Shown here piece after piece: positions 27,410 through 35,768 of a stretch of 53,992 nt of DNA. The notes below the pieces were generated by a model. The model saw nothing but the letters and a program-made list of their open reading frames with translations, was not told the DNA's origin and searched no databases. Position 1 is the first letter of the stretch; each line of letters begins with the position of its first letter. The stretch is from a virus (Duplodnaviria > Caudoviricetes). Location: positions 1 to 53,992 of the IMG/VR virus record IMGVR_UViG_3300037294_000227. One strand, written 5' to 3'. The position numbers and the translations under genes are program-made.

Positions 27410-27753
27410 AAATCAACTATGCCTTCTACAGTTCTATTTCTTTTTAACTTATTATATTCGGTAAGATAGGTGTTTGCGGCTTGCCAATAAACACTGACAA
27501 TTTTGTTTGCAAACAATTGCAAATCTTCAACTTCAGTTGGAATATCGTTGTCGTCAATTAAAATTGTGCTAGACTGCTGAAGTGCTAATAGACTTTGACA
27601 AAAACTTATTAGCCCAGTAGTTACTGTAAATTGACTACCATCGTGATAATGAATTAAGTTATTTTGAAATTGTTCTTTTAGAACACGCTTCTGGTTGCCT
27701 AATGTAACCATATAATTACTAAATTCTAATGCTTTTTCTAGACGAGCGTCCAT
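27406..27753 (-). CDS. Hypothetical protein heading the enzyme operon
   Basis: 115 aa, strong AGGAG SD, ATGA overlap with the next gene. Confidence 0.8.
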   Translation of the reverse strand: MDARLEKALEFSNYMVTLGNQKRVLKEQFQNNLIHYHDGSQFTVTTGLISFCQSLLALQQSSTILIDDNDIPTEVEDLQLFANKIVSVYWQAANTYLTEYNKLKRNRTVEGIVDL

Positions 27754-27774
27754 ATAATACTCCTACTTTAATGT

Positions 27775-27802
27775 ATTATATAGCAATTTTACAAAATGTC
27801 AA
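27775..27802 (-). promoter_or_regulatory. Sigma70-type promoter TTGACA-N16-TATAAT
   Basis: -35 at 27802-27797 and -10 at 27780-27775, both exact consensus, intergenic. Confidence 0.75.
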
Positions 27803-27816
27803 GAACTAAGATGGTG

Positions 27817-28797
27817 TTATTCAAGCAATGTTACATTTACAACAGTAGGTGCAGGACGACTTACTCCATAAGTAACAGTATCATATACAAAACTACTGGA
27901 TGGTCTAGCAGATTGTACACTGCTTGTTAACGTTCCGTTTACACTTTCGTCGATGGGATCAAATACAATGCCTGTTCCTTCGCCGACGTCTCCATCATTG
28001 AATGTTATTTGAAATCTCAACACTGTGGTTGAATCTGCTCTACCTTCAATTGTATAATCGTTGTCAGCATATACACCGCTACCAGTTTTAACAAGTAATT
28101 GTTGATATGTACCAGTTAAGTCGTCCATGCCTTTGTTGGCGCTGGTTCCGCTGTTTGCTGTTGTGGTATATTTGTTAAATTTAACTGTGCCGATTGCAGA
28201 TAAAAGAGCTGCCCAGTCGGTGCTTTTTGAGCCAGACCCTCCTGTGAGATTTGCAAAAAATCTAATCTCACCACCAGCAGAAAAATATTGAGACAGGGCA
28301 ATAGCACTCGAAAAAGTAACTGTTACAACATGCTGGATAGATTGTACCTGCCCTGCTCCGCCCCATGCAGTGCTTCTTGTGCTTGTAATTGCTGTACCAG
28401 GAAGAAGATTTCCAACTGGAAATCCAGATACTGCTGGATTGAAATTGGATATGTCCGTGCCAACTTGTATGTAATCGTTTACACCCATTTTGGTACCATC
28501 AGTAACTGCTGTAAGCGCACCAGTGCTTGGGTTAAAAGCAAACGCAGTGTCTGCACCAATACGCAATCCAACTGACGGCACTGCAATAGTAGAACTCAAA
28601 GATCCAGTTTGATGTACAACAACTCGCTGAAGATCAATATATAGATTTTTTAGTTGCAATGCAGTGATAGTATTAACATTTGATACCACAGCACTGCTAA
28701 CTAAATTTTCTCCCCAAGATCCATTTAATATAGAATTCACTGTTGATCTAATATTATTATAATCTGTGGCAAAAATTGTGCCGGCGGTACTTACCAT
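27817..28797 (-). CDS. Putative virion structural protein (Ser/Thr/Gly-rich)
   Basis: Paralog of 28846..29733 (STAWGG..Q.Q, VTFSS, AGGE.RF.A.LT, GTVKFN); follows the tail-fibre genes; AGGAG SD. Confidence 0.65.
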   Translation of the reverse strand: MVSTAGTIFATDYNNIRSTVNSILNGSWGENLVSSAVVSNVNTITALQLKNLYIDLQRVVVHQTGSLSSTIAVPSVGLRIGADTAFAFNPSTGALTAVTDGTKMGVNDYIQVGTDISNFNPAVSGFPVGNLLPGTAITSTRSTAWGGAGQVQSIQHVVTVTFSSAIALSQYFSAGGEIRFFANLTGGSGSKSTDWAALLSAIGTVKFNKYTTTANSGTSANKGMDDLTGTYQQLLVKTGSGVYADNDYTIEGRADSTTVLRFQITFNDGDVGEGTGIVFDPIDESVNGTLTSSVQSARPSSSFVYDTVTYGVSRPAPTVVNVTLLE

Positions 28798-28820
28798 ATT
28801 TTTACTCCTATGCAGTATCT

Positions 28821-28849
28821 ATTATACAACATACTCACCAAAATGTCAA
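28821..28849 (-). promoter_or_regulatory. Sigma70-type promoter TTGACA-N17-TATAAT
   Basis: -35 at 28849-28844 (overlapping the upstream TGA stop) and -10 at 28826-28821; exact consensus with optimal spacing. Confidence 0.8.
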
Positions 28850-29733
28850 GCTAAATTTGCTGTAGTTAAGTATACAGGAGTTGCTACTTCAACATATATC
28901 CCAGTTGGTCTGAGTTGAGTTATTGTGCTGGTTAGTGTACCCACCACAGGCTCGTCTACGTTGCCTGAAGAACTATCGTTGAACTCTACTTTAAATATTA
29001 ATTTACCACTGTCAACAGAATCAACTTTTGCATATACAACAATATCATTCTCACTATAAATTCCACTGCCGGATTTAATCCAAATAACCTGATAACTTGT
29101 TGTCAATTCAAAGTTACCGATATTATTTGGAGATGTGCCGCTGCCGCCGGTTGTTGTGTCATAATTGAATTTAACTGTACCCATTGCTGTTAACATACTG
29201 TTCCATTCAACATACTTTGCACCAGTGCCGCTGGTTAAGCTTGCAGCAAACCTAACTTCGCCGCCTGCATTAAAAAAGTACCTACGCTGATCAGGGCTAC
29301 TAAATGTTACTGAAAATTCGTGGAACACTGTTTGAGGTTGTGAGCCGCCGCCCCAAGCGGTGGAGCGTTGATTGGTCAATTTTGCTTCAACACTGGCCTG
29401 CGATGCTTCAAATATATCATTCTTATTATTGTAAACAATATTTGTAACTGTTTCGTACTCGTTGTATACTATTTCGGTAATATCATCAGTTAAAATTATC
29501 AATGACAAACTCGGAGTCGACCCTGTTTGGTGTACATACAAATCAATTAAATCAAGTTTTAAATTTTGCATGTGCAATGCATTTACTGTATTGATAGACG
29601 AAACTGGGCTACTTTTAATAGGATCTTGACCGTATCCGAATTGACCTGTTGTACCCACGCCGCCTAACACGTTTTTAACTTTTACTTGCATTGCATTGTA
29701 ACGTGCAACAGATATAATCTCGCCGACGGCCAT
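28846..29733 (-). CDS. Putative virion structural protein (Ser/Thr/Gly-rich)
   Basis: Paralog of 27817..28797; late promoter and AGGAG SD upstream. Confidence 0.65.
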   Translation of the reverse strand: MAVGEIISVARYNAMQVKVKNVLGGVGTTGQFGYGQDPIKSSPVSSINTVNALHMQNLKLDLIDLYVHQTGSTPSLSLIILTDDITEIVYNEYETVTNIVYNNKNDIFEASQASVEAKLTNQRSTAWGGGSQPQTVFHEFSVTFSSPDQRRYFFNAGGEVRFAASLTSGTGAKYVEWNSMLTAMGTVKFNYDTTTGGSGTSPNNIGNFELTTSYQVIWIKSGSGIYSENDIVVYAKVDSVDSGKLIFKVEFNDSSSGNVDEPVVGTLTSTITQLRPTGIYVEVATPVYLTTANLA

Positions 29734-29758
29734 TTAAGTCTCCTATAATATACTACTA

Positions 29759-29766
29759 TATTTATA
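29759..29766 (-). promoter_or_regulatory. T4-like late promoter TATAAATA
   Basis: Exact match, overlapping the TAA stop of the upstream gene. Confidence 0.65.
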
Positions 29767-31225
29767 CTTTAAGTACACACTCGACCAACTTTTCATCTTC
29801 GTTGAGGTTTGTTTCTAATGCCACTCCTACCATTGCTGTTGTTGCAATGGTTGTACTAACACCATCTGCCATAGCATACACTGCTTGTCCTTTTTTAACT
29901 GTGCCTTTGACTCTCACCGGAACGCGGCCTTTGAGTGCAATGTACTGTCCTTCAGCTTCGCTGTTCATCATGTATGCAGGATCGGTTGATACTACACCAA
30001 TGCAGTGGTTGCTGGCAATAGCTGGTTCGACTTCGTGTGTGTCACATGCACATACTGCTACTGCTGTACCTGGTAGCAGTTCTTCTGCTGTTGAGTATTT
30101 TTCTGCAAGGTCGGCATAACGTGCTTTGGTTGCTGTACCATTAAACACAACTGCTGTCAAGTCACCGTTGTTGTCTCTTGCTGCAATAGTATTAGGACTG
30201 GCACCAGTTGATGACGACACGTATGTTGATCCAGTTGCACCTAATCTCATTTGATTTGTTTTAGTTGCAATTCCATCTAGGCTGGTTGCATAGACAGTAG
30301 CCCATTTTTTTGCAGCAGAACCCAAGTCATACGAATTGTCAGTGCCGGGTAAAATGCCTGTGTTTTCGATTGTAGTAATTACTGCACTTGAACTGTTTTT
30401 AATTCTTAGAATATTTCTTTCAAGCTTAATTACAGGAGTAGAACTATCCGAATCAATATTTACAGTAAGGTCAATGTCGTTGCCTAGAGTGTAGCCAAAG
30501 TCATTAAATGCTACTGCGGACACTCTGTCTGCAAAATTATTGTCAATGTTGTATTCGCTTGCATCGATGCCGTTAAGTGTTAATGCATTGCTTGCTGTTC
30601 CCCAATAATAATGATCACTGGATGTAACACCGTTGGTTGATGCAGTTGTATTAACTAATGTTGTGCCTTTTCTAATTACATCAAATCCTGCAATAGCATC
30701 AGAAGCCGAAATAGTAAACTCGTCGGTACTGATAATATATACAACTACGTCGTTGATTGTTGCAGCAATTACAGAATGCGACGTACTAAGTGTATCTTCC
30801 AGTGTAAGACTGGTCATTTGTGTTACACCAGTTCCTGCACTTTGTGGTCCAATTAGAACCCACTCGCCGGCTGCATTTTTTGCTTTTAATTGGTTTGATG
30901 TAGTGTCCCACCAAAAGTCGCCCTCTACCGATCCTGCCGGTGCTGTTGCAGACACTTCGGCCCCACCAGTGGTTTTCCAAATGTTGCCATCATAAAATCT
31001 TAATTTTGCGTTGCCGCTGTCGTACCACAGCATTCCACTTAATGGCTTGGTCGGCGCACTGGTATTAGCAAAACTTTCTAACAAAAACAAAAAGTTTTCA
31101 TTTTGTGCTTCTCCATAACCTGCAAAATTTTTACCAATGAGTTTTAATTCAGTGGCATTATTTACTGTGCCGTCTTCGACTGTTGTGATAACAGTTCCGT
31201 TGTATCTATTAATAGTGTATGCCAT
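29762..31225 (-). CDS. Tail fibre protein with C-terminal peptidase G2-like intramolecular chaperone domain
   Basis: Shared fibre N-terminus (GKNFAGYGEAQNENFLFLLE...GMLWYD); ILPGTDNSYDLGS..KKW; YADLAEKY...GVVSTDPAYMMN...GRVPVRVKG. Confidence 0.75.
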   Translation of the reverse strand: MAYTINRYNGTVITTVEDGTVNNATELKLIGKNFAGYGEAQNENFLFLLESFANTSAPTKPLSGMLWYDSGNAKLRFYDGNIWKTTGGAEVSATAPAGSVEGDFWWDTTSNQLKAKNAAGEWVLIGPQSAGTGVTQMTSLTLEDTLSTSHSVIAATINDVVVYIISTDEFTISASDAIAGFDVIRKGTTLVNTTASTNGVTSSDHYYWGTASNALTLNGIDASEYNIDNNFADRVSAVAFNDFGYTLGNDIDLTVNIDSDSSTPVIKLERNILRIKNSSSAVITTIENTGILPGTDNSYDLGSAAKKWATVYATSLDGIATKTNQMRLGATGSTYVSSSTGASPNTIAARDNNGDLTAVVFNGTATKARYADLAEKYSTAEELLPGTAVAVCACDTHEVEPAIASNHCIGVVSTDPAYMMNSEAEGQYIALKGRVPVRVKGTVKKGQAVYAMADGVSTTIATTAMVGVALETNLNEDEKLVECVLKV

Positions 31226-31254
31226 TTTTTAAATTACCCTTGCTGTAATGTTAG

Positions 31255-31260
31255 TATTTA
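31255..31260 (-). promoter_or_regulatory. Late promoter core TAAATA
   Basis: Intergenic, about 30 nt upstream of ATG 31225. Confidence 0.55.
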
Positions 31261-31264
31261 CCTA

Positions 31265-33085
31265 TTAAACGCTAGATACAAGATCTGACTCAAACGTCCA
31301 TTGTCCTGCGCCATTGATAATATATCTTTTTAAACTTCTTGTTACTGTTAAAGTAACTGGCTGAGATGACTGCGTTGTAAAACTAAAGTCTTGCACAACT
31401 GATTGGTTTTCTGTACCGTTTTTATCAACTGCAACAAAGCTTTTTGTTACACCGGCACCTGCATTGTAATTATACGTTCCGGAATATGTAGTTCCGTGAA
31501 CTACACAATAAACACCAGTGTTTTTTGTTATTGCTGGGACGAGGTCGTTGATTACTGCTGCAACTTGTGCATTACTTAATCCTGTAATATCCAATGCAAG
31601 AAATTCGTCCTGGTCTAAATATTTGTCGTCTACGTATTCTTTAGTAGCCACAACACTAGGATCGTCACTGACGTCAGGAGTGCCAACTCCAATAATTTTT
31701 CTACTGTTGGCAACAGAAATATCGCCGCCGCTGTCTAATGTCATTGAACCTATAACAGTAATTGTTGACCCATTTAAGTTAATATTGTCAACATCAAGAT
31801 TTGTTAATGTTCCAATTTGAGTTAATCCGACTGCGCTCGAAACTGTTGCGCCCAACGTAGTAGTTGTTAGTATATCAAAGTTTGCAATCTTATAAGCAAA
31901 TCCTGCAGGGATATTAACGTTGCAACTACTATCCCAACTGTTGTATGTGTTGTTCCAGGTTATTGTTTTATCGTCACCTGAAACTCTAACTGCAATGCCG
32001 GCGCCGTCAACTTCTACATCAGATAGTAATGCACTGTCTGATGTTACTGCTAATTCAATTAATTTGTCTTCAACTCTTAGCGTACTAACATCTAAACTAG
32101 TAGTTTCGCCCTGAACCAGTAAATTGCCCGATATCCTAATATCTCCGGCAAAATCGAAATCATACTGAGGCGAAGGTTGCCAAAATCCTATTCTACCAGT
32201 TTGGGTTTTAATTGTAATTGCATCTCTGGTAGTCCCGTCTTGGTTAACTTGAATTCGCAAGTCTGAATTATTCAGTTGATTTTTTAACAATACATCTGTG
32301 CTTAAAACTTTTATATTAAAGTCACTGTCGTCGCCAACAATTAGTCCATTATCATTTTTAACATGTAATGTACCAGTAGTTGTATTATTTTTAGAAACTT
32401 GCATAAAATCATTTGGAGTAAACGGATTGTCTGTGCTGTCCAACAGGTTGTATGTAAAATCTGCTGGGCCATAGAAAGCAAAATTAGCATAGTCGGTGTT
32501 GATGTTTACACCTACTTTAATTGATGTTCCAAAGCCTTCTAAATACCTTATATTGTCAGATATGTTTGCTGCTGTAAATGTTTCTTTACTATATAATGCT
32601 ACCGGTGTTCCGCCTATCATCATACGAGAAACTGTTTTGTTTATACCAAATATATCTTTTAATGTAATAACAGACCATCCAGTTTCACCTTGGTCTACTG
32701 TGTAAACAGGTCCTGCTAAAATTATGTCCGTTCCGTCACTGAAGTAAATTTGGTTGTTTCGACTATCTATCCAAATATCGCCTGCTAACATCGACGGCTG
32801 GGTTGCTGCAACAACAGTTGTGTCTGTAGATTTCCAATCTTCGCCGTTGTATACTCTTAAACGCCCTTCGCTGGTATCATACCATAGTTGTCCAATCAAT
32901 GGATTAGCTGGTGGTGCAACGTTTTTAAAATTTTCTAAAAGTCTTACAAAATTTTCATTAAACTGCTCTCCATAACCTGTGTAGTTTCTTCCTACTAATG
33001 TTAGATCAGTTGTATCAGTATCTATCTTACCGTCTATCAGATCAACTAAGAGTGTCCCGTCAGTTGTATTAATCTTATAACTCAT
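31265..33085 (-). CDS. Tail fibre / baseplate-attached structural protein
   Basis: Same N-terminal domain (GRNYTGYGEQFNENFVRLLENF...GQLWYD); beta-rich fibre-like segments (GDIRISGNLLVQG, ATKEYVD). Confidence 0.72.
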   Translation of the reverse strand: MSYKINTTDGTLLVDLIDGKIDTDTTDLTLVGRNYTGYGEQFNENFVRLLENFKNVAPPANPLIGQLWYDTSEGRLRVYNGEDWKSTDTTVVAATQPSMLAGDIWIDSRNNQIYFSDGTDIILAGPVYTVDQGETGWSVITLKDIFGINKTVSRMMIGGTPVALYSKETFTAANISDNIRYLEGFGTSIKVGVNINTDYANFAFYGPADFTYNLLDSTDNPFTPNDFMQVSKNNTTTGTLHVKNDNGLIVGDDSDFNIKVLSTDVLLKNQLNNSDLRIQVNQDGTTRDAITIKTQTGRIGFWQPSPQYDFDFAGDIRISGNLLVQGETTSLDVSTLRVEDKLIELAVTSDSALLSDVEVDGAGIAVRVSGDDKTITWNNTYNSWDSSCNVNIPAGFAYKIANFDILTTTTLGATVSSAVGLTQIGTLTNLDVDNINLNGSTITVIGSMTLDSGGDISVANSRKIIGVGTPDVSDDPSVVATKEYVDDKYLDQDEFLALDITGLSNAQVAAVINDLVPAITKNTGVYCVVHGTTYSGTYNYNAGAGVTKSFVAVDKNGTENQSVVQDFSFTTQSSQPVTLTVTRSLKRYIINGAGQWTFESDLVSSV

Positions 33086-35130
33086 TAAACGACTCCTGTA
33101 TAGATGATATAATTAATTGTTAAAAATGGCGGTACTGTTGTGTATTTGTCTTGAGAAGACCACCCATCAATGCTGCCTGTTATTGTTAATCCAGAACCAG
33201 CGGCGCCGCCGGTGATACTTATATTAGTTGTATTAGAATCCGAAATGCTAGTAACTCCGGTGATTGCATAGAACTGAGTGCCATTGTCTCCCATCAACGA
33301 ATGTCCGTGATCTGGCAGATTTGACAGACTGATATTACTGCGCTGTGCGCCGCCTACTGCGCCTAATATCGATGCTGCGCCGTCATTGTAGATTCTATCT
33401 TCGTCAGTAGACAATGTTCTAGTTGCACCGGCTAGATTTCCCACGGTGGTGCGTCCTCTAGCATCTGGAAGATTAAAGTAACCAAGTGCAATACTGCCAC
33501 CGTATGTAAAACCAATAAGCGAAAACAAGCCTGCATATTGTGTGTCTGTCAACGATATGGGATCGCCGTTACACAATCTCCAGCCGCTGGGCGCTGTAGC
33601 TGCTGCGTACGGCATCATCATTCCGAGTGCAAAGGTTGGGACAGTCGATGCAATTGCTGCTACTGTGCTGATATAAAATTCATTTATAGTCTGCGTGTCA
33701 CCAATTTCGGATGTGGTTTTACGTATTAATACTTGTTCAGTGCCGGATACACTATCAGCATACGATGATTTACCAGTAAAGAATGAATCGTTTAATGCAA
33801 CATTAAATGTTTTTGTTAGGCCGCCGCTTTGGCCGTCAAATGTTACTGGCGACGTTGTTGTAACATCTCCAGTGATTGAAAACGTAGTTGTACTGTTTAA
33901 TTTTCCAGAACTACCGGATGTACCAGTTACATTTCCTATTACATCACCTACCAAAGATCCTCTAAATGTGTTGGCATAGATATTGTTGTATACTAAATTG
34001 ATAGATCCGATATTTCTTGAGTTAGTAACGTCAGGAGTGATGTTAGTGCCAGATATCGATCCAACTGATGAAAAGTTTCCGCCAACATTTAAGTTTTTAG
34101 CAATCCCAACACCGCCTGCTGTAATCACTGACCCTGTACTTATATTTGTGCTTTCTGTTGTATTATTATTAATAATTGTTCCAGAAGCTAAAATATTACC
34201 TGTAACATCTAATGCTTCTTGTGGAGATTCGTTGAGTATGCCCACTTTACCATCATTTTTAATTCTAATAGCAGTGGTATTACCTTGTACTCTAAGAGCA
34301 ATATAACCATCATTGGACTTGTTGGTAATCAACGAGTTACTACCTGTAACACTAAACACCAATGTTTGTGTTTCACCGATGTCAATGCCACCATTGTTTC
34401 TAACTCGAAGAGGTTGTAAAAAAATGTTTGTTGCGTTTAATCTTGCAAATTGTGCTCCAGCAACTGCGCCCACTGTATCGTTGACATATAGTGTTTCTGC
34501 TTTCTGCGATGTTCCGTAATACTTGCCTGCTGTTCCGCCAATATTGCTAGAAAGATTATGTCCAGGATATATAACACCAAACCCCGGTATGGTCAACTTA
34601 GGTGTAAATTGTGTAGAGCTAATAATACTCACAACAATATTATTAACATAATTTAGTATACAAGGAACTGAAGCGTTAACAGTACTAATAATTGTTTCAA
34701 ATCGAGAACCTGTGCCTGCGCCTTCAGCGTAATCTGGACCAACTAGTGTCCAGCCGCTGCCACTGTACAAGTAAACTTGTTGGTTACTTGTGTCCACCCA
34801 AAGATCTCCTATGAGACTTTGTTCTGCGGCGGGCTGACTGCTTCCTTTTTTGACGCCGCCAGCACTGACCCAATTGGCTCCATCGTAAAGTTTTAATTGA
34901 TCTATACCGGTTGTGTTATCATACCATAACTGTCCTTCAACTGGATTGCTAGGACTGGTAGTATTGGCAAAATTTTCTAACAGATGCAAGAAGTTTTCTA
35001 ATACTTTGGTTCCGTAATCGGTGAGGTTACGGCCCGGAAGTGTCAAGCTAGTTTCGGTATTGGCTGTTTGATCCTCAACTGTTATACTTCCTTTGTTAAC
35101 ACTGTCAGTAAAATTTATCTCATATGCCAT
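33085..35130 (-). CDS. Tail fibre protein with tail-collar domain
   Basis: Shared N-terminus; GMMMPYAA...PSGWRLCNG...LFSLIG..YGG...FNLPDARGR collar motif; ends PPFLTINYII. Confidence 0.85.
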   Translation of the reverse strand: MAYEINFTDSVNKGSITVEDQTANTETSLTLPGRNLTDYGTKVLENFLHLLENFANTTSPSNPVEGQLWYDNTTGIDQLKLYDGANWVSAGGVKKGSSQPAAEQSLIGDLWVDTSNQQVYLYSGSGWTLVGPDYAEGAGTGSRFETIISTVNASVPCILNYVNNIVVSIISSTQFTPKLTIPGFGVIYPGHNLSSNIGGTAGKYYGTSQKAETLYVNDTVGAVAGAQFARLNATNIFLQPLRVRNNGGIDIGETQTLVFSVTGSNSLITNKSNDGYIALRVQGNTTAIRIKNDGKVGILNESPQEALDVTGNILASGTIINNNTTESTNISTGSVITAGGVGIAKNLNVGGNFSSVGSISGTNITPDVTNSRNIGSINLVYNNIYANTFRGSLVGDVIGNVTGTSGSSGKLNSTTTFSITGDVTTTSPVTFDGQSGGLTKTFNVALNDSFFTGKSSYADSVSGTEQVLIRKTTSEIGDTQTINEFYISTVAAIASTVPTFALGMMMPYAAATAPSGWRLCNGDPISLTDTQYAGLFSLIGFTYGGSIALGYFNLPDARGRTTVGNLAGATRTLSTDEDRIYNDGAASILGAVGGAQRSNISLSNLPDHGHSLMGDNGTQFYAITGVTSISDSNTTNISITGGAAGSGLTITGSIDGWSSQDKYTTVPPFLTINYIIYTGVV

Positions 35131-35133
35131 TTA

Positions 35134-35745
35134 TTATACCTCGTTGAATCCGCTTAGACTTTGTACTCTCACAGTGTAGTCAATCTGAATTAGTCTGTTT
35201 AAACTTTTCTGTACTGGATGAAAAATAACATGAGTTATCAATCTTCCTGCGCCTGAACTACTGTAACTACGAAGACCAAGTTCGTCGAATACATACAACT
35301 GCTCGGTATCACCAGCAGTATCAAAAGCGTCTTGGCCGTCTGGCTCTCCATAATCTAATAAACAACTTACAATAATATCGGTATAGTTGGTACCTGCAAC
35401 ATGCCTGATTTCTGTTTTATTTCTTGTAGGATCTAGATTATTAACACTAGTGTCATCTACAACCTTAGTATAAGTTTGGTTATAAAGACTTGCATTAGTA
35501 CCAGTAGTATTAGGAGTTAAGTATGTTATGATTCCAGTTGGGTCAACACTGGTGCCGCCGTTTCCGAAGCTCATTTCATAAATGTATCCCTGGCCCTGAT
35601 TTGCAAGACTTTCTGCTAACGCTAAACTCATATTTTCATAATGAATTGCATTTCTCTTGTTTATAAAAATTTCGCCTGTAGAAGGATCATGAATTTTAAT
35701 ATGACCTTCTACATGTATTCCGTTTAGTTCATTAATATCTGTCAT
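35134..35745 (-). CDS. Putative baseplate/tail structural protein
   Basis: Position between the giant baseplate gene and the fibres; MSFGNGG...FDELGL...HPVQKS pattern. Confidence 0.6.
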   Translation of the reverse strand: MTDINELNGIHVEGHIKIHDPSTGEIFINKRNAIHYENMSLALAESLANQGQGYIYEMSFGNGGTSVDPTGIITYLTPNTTGTNASLYNQTYTKVVDDTSVNNLDPTRNKTEIRHVAGTNYTDIIVSCLLDYGEPDGQDAFDTAGDTEQLYVFDELGLRSYSSSGAGRLITHVIFHPVQKSLNRLIQIDYTVRVQSLSGFNEV

Positions 35746-35762
35746 GTTTACACCTTATACTG

Positions 35763-35768
35763 TATTTA
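35763..35768 (-). promoter_or_regulatory. Late promoter core TAAATA
   Basis: Overlaps the TAA stop of the giant ORF; followed by an AAGGTG SD and ATG 35745. Confidence 0.55.

Noticed and set aside
1-27753. RiPP cluster (radical SAM/SPASM maturases plus precursor peptide)
   Set aside because: No short precursor ORF, RRE/PqqD-like domain, peptidase or transporter seen, and intergenic gaps are too small to hold one. A precursor left of the window cannot be excluded.
1-27753. Bacterial polysaccharide locus adjacent to a prophage
   Set aside because: No wzx/wzy/ABC exporter, obvious membrane proteins, integrase or att site; the same TAAATA promoter architecture occurs in both halves, so the island appears to be phage-borne.
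31226-31254. Hairpin (ATTAC-N7-GTAAT) over the ribosome-binding region of the fibre gene
   Set aside because: Only a short AT-rich stem; too weak to call a terminator or translational switch.
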